NCBI GenBank assembly: GCA_028534125.1
Contig: CM052816.1
Coordinates: 68,202,001-68,266,000 of the forward strand
Reading direction: 5' to 3'
Length of the DNA: 64,000 bases
From: Lama glama
Lineage: Eukaryota
The position numbers were made by a program, and so were the translations under genes. The notes below the pieces were generated by a model. The model did no database searches, was not told the DNA's origin, and worked only from the letters and a program-made list of their open reading frames with translations. Of the stretch, positions 56,118 to 64,000 are shown piece after piece (positions within the stretch are counted from its first letter, which is position 1; each line of letters opens with the position of its first letter).

Positions 56118-58549
56118 ATCTCAATGGTTGCTACTGGCTCACAGTAAACCAGGATAAACCTTCAAAGAATTACTTGGAAAATCCCTTCAAAGTGTTTGGA
56201 CCATGACTCTCTTCTTGCTTCCAAATCCTCCAAAGCAGAGTAAATCCAGGTGACCCTGAGTCGTGAACAATGAAAATCGTGGCGCGTGACCCTACCTCAC
56301 TATCCGAAAAGGGCGTCTGTATCAGTGCACAGGACCAGAGAAATCATAAATCTAGTCCAAAGAGGGGTAAACTGAGACAAAGGTGAAAGGATGACCATAG
56401 CATAGGGAAATCATTCAAAGGAAATGATTAACTAGGTGTTATGATCTATTCTGTCCTTCAGAGGAGAGCAGGCCCATTGCATCCTTTCAACGAACTTGGT
56501 AGCCCATTCTGCTTTTTGATGCCTAACATAGACACCTGCACTGTTTATTTCCATCATCCCAATGAGGGCACCCTTGCTGAACTGCTGCCATGACCCCTGT
56601 GATTCTGCCTGCCCTGCAGCGGTTTCACCCAGGCGTTTTCACGTGCCACACACAGCAGAGATGGGCACCTGGCACTTTCAGGGTTGACATTTGTGTCTGA
56701 GTTAAGGGGAAAACAGAAGTGATTTAGAAACTACTCTGTTTTTGTTCCTCCAATCTTGGCTTCAGTTACTTTGTAGCAGGGCCAGCCCTGGGCAAAGCTT
56801 GTTTTTGCCATCCCCACCTGCCCTGAGTATCCTCCTACACACTTTCAGTATCTAATCACCTGCCCTGTCCCCCTCACGCCACTCTCTGCCCAGAGTCCAG
56901 TCCTCTGGCTGGTCAGGGGTCACCACTGTAGCAGTGGCCGCAGGGCAACCCGGCTGGGCCACCAAGAAGCATCCCATGTGTGTTCTCAGCTGAGGTGAGA
57001 GTGGTATCAGAATCCAACATTTTCTGTGTATTCATTCCCATCATCCGTTTTCTGATTCCATAGATCTGGGGTGGGGCTCATGTATGTGCATTTTGAAAAC
57101 TCTCCCCAGGGTATTCTGACCAACATGCCTCCTCTGCTCCCCCTTTCTCCACCACACCCCCAGTTTAGAGCTGCTTCTTGGGACATGGCCTTGCAATGGA
57201 ATCAGTAGCAGTGCTTGTAAAACAACAGATTCCCAGATCTCACTTCTGATTTGGGATCTTTGTGAGTGGGAAGCCCTGTTTTTATCCTCCAAGAAGCAAT
57301 TTGGCAAAATCAAAAGAACAGTGTGCTCAGTTGAGAAGATGTGAGTTTGCACTGACAGACCTGGCTTTGTTCTGAGAAAGGTCACTGATATACTTGGCTT
57401 AACTATTTGTGTATCTTTGGGGTATGAGGGAGACTGTGCACATGACAGCGATATGTATACATTTCCCGTTCCTCCGGGAGACTGTGATGTCCAGCTGGGG
57501 TTGAAAACCACTGTGATAAATGAATTCGTATTAATGGGTGCTGAAACCTTAGCTACTCCCACCTTAGATATTTGCATTTTGACCATGATTTTGTAAAAGC
57601 ATAATGCCTCACTCATTTATTTACTCGATCACTTAATAAATATTTGGTGAGACCTACTGTACATCTGGCATTGGGGGGTAAAAAGGTTAACAAGACAGGT
57701 CCGTTTTAGAACCCCTACAACTGTATGTAATATTACGTGTGTGGGCATGTGAGTATGTTAGCATACATTTTTCTGAGGAAGGAGTCCACAATTTTTTCAA
57801 TTTTTCAGTAAGGATCCATAACTACCCCCACCCCCACCAAAGGTTAAGAATATACTCTGGGTAGGAGTATATGTAGGAACCATGCACCCTCTCCCTCCCT
57901 GTGGTTAGCAGTAAAACTCAGAAGTGATATGTCCTGCCCTTTACCCTGCAGAGAAGACTGAGGGTAATTCCAAATGTCAGCTGAAACCATGATTACACTT
58001 GCCTCCTTGGGCCTCCGTGTTCATTTTTAACACAAGGTCAGCATTGTGCTCCTCTTACAGTTTTTCCACATAAATGACTCCATTTCCCGTTGTCATTCAT
58101 TCCTTTCGCTGAACTTCCGGCTTTTCTTTTGGACCATATGAGACCATGTTTAAAGCTGCAGCACTTTGAAATAGTAAAGCCTCTCTATGTGACACAGATA
58201 ACCAAAGCAGGAAAGATTTGAAATCTTGGGCCCACAAAGTAAACCAAGTTGGACTTCTGCGCCCATTTCTTGGGTCCCTTGGTAGCTGGTGGTGCCCTCC
58301 TGTGGGCCCATTGCCCTCATTCACCTCCCGCATATGCCTAGGAGTCCTCAGTCCGCTATCACTGTCCCTGTCTCCATCCAGTCTCCCTTGATGGAATCTC
58401 ATCCCTTTGGGGCATGTGCTTGCCTATCTGTGATGACACTAGCTTATCAGGAGTCTACACAGATATCTCTTGACCTCATCTCCCTCTCACTCCTCAGTGC
58501 CGCAGAAGTTTAGTCATTAATCTTTATCTCACCTATCATTCTACTCAGA

Positions 58550-60010
58550 ATATTCTCAGGTCAATAAATGCAGCTCTGACCTCTCTCTTGAACTTTAGAG
58601 TCACATTTCCAGCTGCACTGGGCATCTGCCCATAGTTTCTCATGGACGCTTCAAACTCAACATGGTCAAACTGAATCCATGGTCTCCCCTTCCATCACAC
58701 TCCCATCCTCCTAGCAGCCCAAGCCAAAGTTGTCCACGTGGTCCATGAACACTCCTTCTTTATCATCTTTCACATCCAGTTGGTTGTCAAGACCTCTCAG
58801 TTCTACTTCCTCAGGTCTCACATCTCTGTCACCTCCTTTCTATCCCTGCTCTATAGATCAGGGTCCCACAGGAAGCAGCCCACTCAGATGGGATTAATTG
58901 AGCAGAAATTCATAAAGAGGCTATTTACACACAACAGCAGGTTGCCATTAGGGCATCTGGGCCTAAAAGGACATGGAAGGGGAGTGGTTACCAAGATATA
59001 GCAAAAGCTATAGCTGTAGGAGAAGGCTTGAGGCAGAAACGGAAGCCTTTGATAGAATAACAAAACTGTAGCCAAGCAGGGAGAGAATGGAAAGATAAAT
59101 ACCTCACTCTTTCCTCCTTCATCTATCTTCTGTCAGTGCCACTCGCTGGCCAAACCCAACTAGAAACCAAAGAGCAAGGAAGCCCATTGGATGCAATTCA
59201 TACATACTAAAGGGTAGAGAGCAAGATGAAAAAAGACAGAGTAGACCTGGAGGAACAAATGGAGACAATTTAGCACACCTACCATCACTTCCTTAGATCA
59301 AGTTTCCCGATCTCTCTCACCTGAACAGTTTCAGTATCTGTATTCCTACTTTCAGCCCTTTCCTTCTCCCATCTGTTCTCACATTGCCAAGTGCTCTTTC
59401 TACAAATCACAAAGGAATGTACTAACATAACTGTTTCTACACCAAAACAGCTATGGTCACTGTTGGTCCTTGGCTCAGAAACCTTCAAAGAGTGCCATTG
59501 TGTGGTAAAGAACAAACTCCTTGGATTTCCACTTACTGCTGTGAATGCCTTCTCCCCACCCCATCCCACCCCCCTGCCCTTTCCTCTTCAGCTCGTATAG
59601 GCTGTACTCCAGTCATGAGAGAATATTAATAATCTCAGTATCTCATAGACATTCATTCTGTCTTCCCCTTTGTCATGTTCTTCCCTTTTGGTGAAATATT
59701 TCTTTCTCCCTACATTCCCCACATCATCCCTTCTAACTGCAGAATTTCTACTTATTCTTCCTTATTTCTCAAGGCCCAACTAAGTTCACCCTCTTTGTTG
59801 AGCTCCCTTTCAGAATTTTCCCTCCATGTTGTCCATCTAGCACTTCCTTACTTCTATTACTAGTGTTACATCCAGCGAGGTGCCTGTGTCTCCTCTTCTA
59901 GACTGTGCACTTAAGGGCAATGTGCCTTATGCATCCAGATGTCTCTCAAGACCCAGAACAGATCTTTGTGAATCTTAGGTTATTAGAAAAGTATTCACTG
60001 AAATCACTTC
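58550..60010. mobile_element. L2 remnant interrupted by a MaLR-like LTR (about 58855-59275)
   Basis: L2-like 'cttcaaactcaacatggtcaaactgaa', 'tctagactgtgcacttaagggca'; internal 'gggtcccacaggaagcag..cactcagatggg...tggccaaacccaactagaaacca'. Confidence 0.5.
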
Positions 60011-62609
60011 AATAAACTTACCCATCTCAAGCCAATGAGATTAATGCCTTATTGGGTTCTTTCTGTGAAATACTGTTTTCAGCTTAACCAAGTTTTCCAG
60101 AAATGTAATACCTTAATATCAGGGAGTTTTTCCTAATGATAGGAATTCTAAGATAGATATGATGGCAGGTCAGTGAGAGGTGCAAGGATCTGCCCCGCAA
60201 ATCTCACCACTAGCTCCTTCCTAATCCTAGAAGTTGCATTTATTTAGACTTTTCCTTAGCAGTACTCTTCTTTCAGTACACTTTTCAAGGGAAGGTAGAA
60301 AGAAAAGAACTGCACTGATATAAAAACAACTATGTCATGTTTGTTCATTCAGTATGTGGTTGTGTGGTTAAAGAAAGCACACACCCTTGGAGCTCTTGAA
60401 TATACCATCAAGACCTTAGTGCCTGAGACTGGGTTGGTCCAGCGTGGAGTCGTCCTCCTCCCTGTGGTGGCCAAGATCTGTGATCAACTGTTTGAATTGT
60501 GTCGAAATCTTATAAATATACTTTAACTCTAAATATATTTAGTATGCCAAAGGGTAAATATAAATGTCATATACCAGTGAATCCAGTTCATAAGATGAAA
60601 GAGCCTTAGAGCTGGAAGGAACCACACAAATCATTTAGTCCAACCCCTCAGTCCACAGTTGGCAAAACTCGTGCACTGGGAGGTTGTCATCGCCAAAGCA
60701 CACCCCAGACCCACGCGGGTACCCAGGCCCTCCCAGTGCTTGATAAGAGGCTATCTACAAAGCCACATAAGCCCAGAGTAAACAAAGAGAAAGTTTGCGA
60801 AATCAACCCCATTACCCTGGGAGCAGAGACTGACCTACGTTAAAGTGGCCTGCATGTGTGAGCTCCCCAGTGCTCGACTGTAGAGAGGAAAGGGATGAAG
60901 TAGAAAGAGAAAAAACAGGGTCTTGCCTCAGAGTAAATACAAATAAAGAAAAAAGTGAAAGGAGGGAGATAATGAGAAAAAGTGAAGCTAAAAAGGATGG
61001 GTAAATTCTAATCTGCTTGGCTTTGCCCATTGTTTGTCAGCCTTGTTTTACTAATTTGCTTATTTGTGCATTGTTCAGCAAGTATTTGCTATGAGTTACT
61101 CTTTTCTAAGCTCCATTTCAGCATAAAAATTCCCAGTCACAGATGTGGCAAGGACAATGCAGAGATACCCTGGAGACTGTCACCTTGCCAAACAGCTAGA
61201 AGCAGGAGCTAGCCACTTTCTACATACTAACACAGCAAGGAAGGTTTTTGTGGGGTTTTCCCCCATATTAATCATTAGAGCACCTGTGAAATGAAGCAGT
61301 TCAGCAGCTGAGGATCCCCATGCCTCACTGCCTCTCCCCTGCCATTTCTCCCATCTTCCAAAGCTCTCCAGGGTAGTCAGTCCCCAGCTTTGGGATACAG
61401 CAGCCTCTGGAGCCAGGCCAAGCAGAAACCCTGGGTCCAAAGAGGCTAACCAAGAAGATGGTCCCAATTCTAAGCCAGGATATGGGGGCATCTTTCTCCT
61501 CTAGCTAGCCCCAAACCCTCAACTCTCAAATGTTCACACTGTATAAACTAGTAGATCTTCCCCTCCAGCTCCATTCCAGTCTAAGATATCTGGCTCCAGC
61601 TAAACTTATGGACCAGTGTCTTCTCACAGCACAAAACCACCCACCCCTTTAAAGGGGCCTTGTGGCCTAAAACCATAGCCTCTGCTCTGTATAGTCACCA
61701 TCATGGGACAAGTGATAGAAAGAGACCCACTACTTCCAAGAGAAGGAAGGAGTTTGGAGTTCCCTTACCGAAGAAGTCACCATATAACTAATTTCCCCCA
61801 ACATGTTAACAAATAAACAACTAGTCTTAAAGCTCCCACTAAGACTCCTTTGAAGGTCACTTAGAATAAAAAGGGTCTACAATCAGGATATTGGAATCTT
61901 GTTTTTTTATCAGTCTGCCTATAGCAAAATTACTCTACATTCATTCAACTTTCTTCTTGGCAAGGCTTATGTACTCCCTTCCTTCATGAGACAGAAAGAA
62001 AATGACTAGGATCAGCAGTTCCCAGCAGCGTTCAGAGTACACGAAGGCAACTTGAAGGATTACCCATGGACAAAAACTACACAAATACATCAAAAATAAA
62101 ATCTACAATCTCATCTGGCCACCCAGTGCAGAATTCTAGAGCTCCATGAGAATAAGATCTGTACAATAATCTTCCCCTATTGAATGGTGTTCCCACCAAA
62201 CAGAATCCCAGTCTCCGTTCTTCCTAAGGGCCCTCTGGGCACCATCTCATTTCTTCTGTTCTGGTGCTTCTTGGTTTCTGTGACCAAGGCTTCCCAGGCT
62301 TGGAACCTACCTTTGACTGACACTCAGCCCAGCTTGCCAAGAAAGGAATGCTGTTACCAGGAGACCACTGAGCCAGGGCCTCAGCTCACAGACTAGTACT
62401 CTCCAGGGCTCTCTCAAATTCTTACAAGAGTGCACCATGGCAGCCCTCCTAGGAGAGGCTTTTGAAGCGCCTAATGTTGAAAGAAGTTCTCAGTTGGAAA
62501 GGTTCACTTCTTTGCTACTGATGCTGTCGATCTAAACAGCAGTTTTCACTTGAAACTCCCCTAGTATGAACATGCAGGATCAAATAAATAGACCATTTCT
62601 TTTATCAAA

Positions 62610-62860
62610 GACGAAGTGGTGTAGTAAGGAAGTGCAAGGGTTCTGCAGGCAGTCCATCCTGGCTTTGGCACCTCTTGACCATGACCTTGGGCAACTTAAT
62701 CCCTATGTGCCTCCAATTTCTCCCCTACAGTATAGAGATGATAAGAGTATCAATCTCATGGGGTTATTTTCAGGATTAAATGAGTTAGTACATGGAGATG
62801 CTTAGACCAGTGCTGGGCATAGATAGTTCACTCAGTGAACATCGCCATCACCATTGTTCC
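62610..62860. mobile_element. MIR SINE
   Basis: 'tgaccttgggcaacttaatccctatgtgcctc...ggattaaatgagtta...cttagaccagtgctgg'. Confidence 0.75.
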
Positions 62861-63405
62861 TGGGAGGATATGCTTATAAAGAAAAAGAAAATATAGCGAT
62901 AATGTTACGAGTGTCAGGTTTAGAGGCACAGGAATTGTCAGGAAGATCCCAAAAAGGTGTTTTGGAGAAAAAATGTTAAGAGGTGGAAGTTCTCTTATCC
63001 AAAGAAGCCCCATGTAACACTCCAGCTCCCAAGGAAACTGGTGCCTAGGGACGGTCTGGTCAGGATCTTAGAAGAGGCCGATTCGGATGTGCTGGGCAGC
63101 AGCCTGGCTCAGTTTGCTGCTTCCAAAATTGCTCCTCCTTGTGTCAGGCGAGGAGGGAGAAGAGAGAGTGTGAGCAGTGGGTTTTGTTTTTTCCTTCTGT
63201 GCTTGATGCTCCCTCTTATACAGAGGGAGAACCGTGACAGAGTGTTTTGCTGTTTGAATCACTTTGGCAACCTGAATTCCTTTGCTCTTCTAGGAAATTG
63301 TAAACAAAATAAATTCATTGAGTGGACATTATTTTTTTACTTCTGTTTTCCCTCTCCAATGGCTAGTACTTCTTAAAAGGGGAGAGGGGTCTCTTGATTG
63401 TTTTA

Positions 63406-63476
63406 TATTTTTGTATTGAAGTATAGTCAGTTTACAATGCTGTGTCAATTCCTGGTTACAGCATAATATAGTTCAG
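63406..63476 (-). mobile_element. Ultra-short L1 3' tip with 14-bp TSD
   Basis: TCTTGATTGTTTTA at 63392-63405 and 63477-63490. Insert resembles the reverse complement of the L1 tail at about 22295-22350. Confidence 0.8.
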
Positions 63477-63740
63477 TCTTGATTGTTTTAAATTTTCATG
63501 TTTCAGACCCCTTCAAAATATGTTGAAGTAAAATCAAGTAAAAGAATCTTAGCAAAGTTGATAAAGCAGGCATGAAAGTTTAGATACGGTCACTGTAACC
63601 ACCTTCTGATGACAAGCATGCTATAGAACTTAACTCACTGATCCAAAAGATTTGAAAGTTATTGTGAGACAAAGGAGGATGGAAGGAGAAATAGGATGTA
63701 AGACGGAAAGTGAGAGGGAGAGAAAGAAAAAGGTTGAAGT

Positions 63741-64000
63741 CAGGGACCACCTATGGGCCTGCCACCAGTACAGCCACAGCGGGCCCCACACTCAGAAGGG
63801 AGCTCTGTGCTTGGGGCACGATGCTCTTTGGCCATTGGAAAATTCTCAATAACTCTATCTTTGAATTTGTGTTCTGTAAGTTAAGTCTGATAGGACAGTA
63901 GGTGAGCCTTGGCTCACATGGTCCCACTTCCCTGCCACCCTGGGTCAGATGTTCAGGCCCCAGCTCCGCAGTCCTCTGGCAGGGTTTGGGCACAGACTCA
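63741..64000. mobile_element. MER45-like hAT DNA transposon (runs off window end)
   Basis: 'caggg...gggccccacactcagaaggg...aaattctcaataa..tatctttgaatttgtgtt' resembles MER45B/C. Confidence 0.55.

Noticed and set aside
57041..57616. 191-aa minus-strand ORF
   Set aside because: Made of MER5-like and MIR fragments; no coding signature.

Overview
Mammalian genomic DNA, most likely camelid: it carries a vic-1-type tRNA-derived SINE and matching young L1 3' tails. The window covers the 5' part of ANKRD55 on the + strand: a probable non-coding exon 1 and six coding exons that splice in frame with GT-AG junctions to give the N-terminal 204 aa (MMRQATMDF...KTALHWAVQ). The gene continues beyond the window. 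The introns are mostly transposon debris (L1, MIR, L2, MaLR, hAT), microsatellites and one 500-N gap. Intron 2 also holds an antisense, disabled processed pseudogene of SET (TAF-I alpha-type 5' end) with a young L1 tail inserted in its 3' UTR. I see no clear novel multi-gene system. The best unexplained signals are a near-perfect 68-bp inverted repeat around 1 kb in intron 4, a CpG-rich promoter-like patch in intron 2, an overlapping uORF at the start codon, an ERV1-type solo LTR just upstream of exon 1, and candidate enhancer motif clusters. Gene and repeat family names come from recall of consensus sequences, not from a database search.
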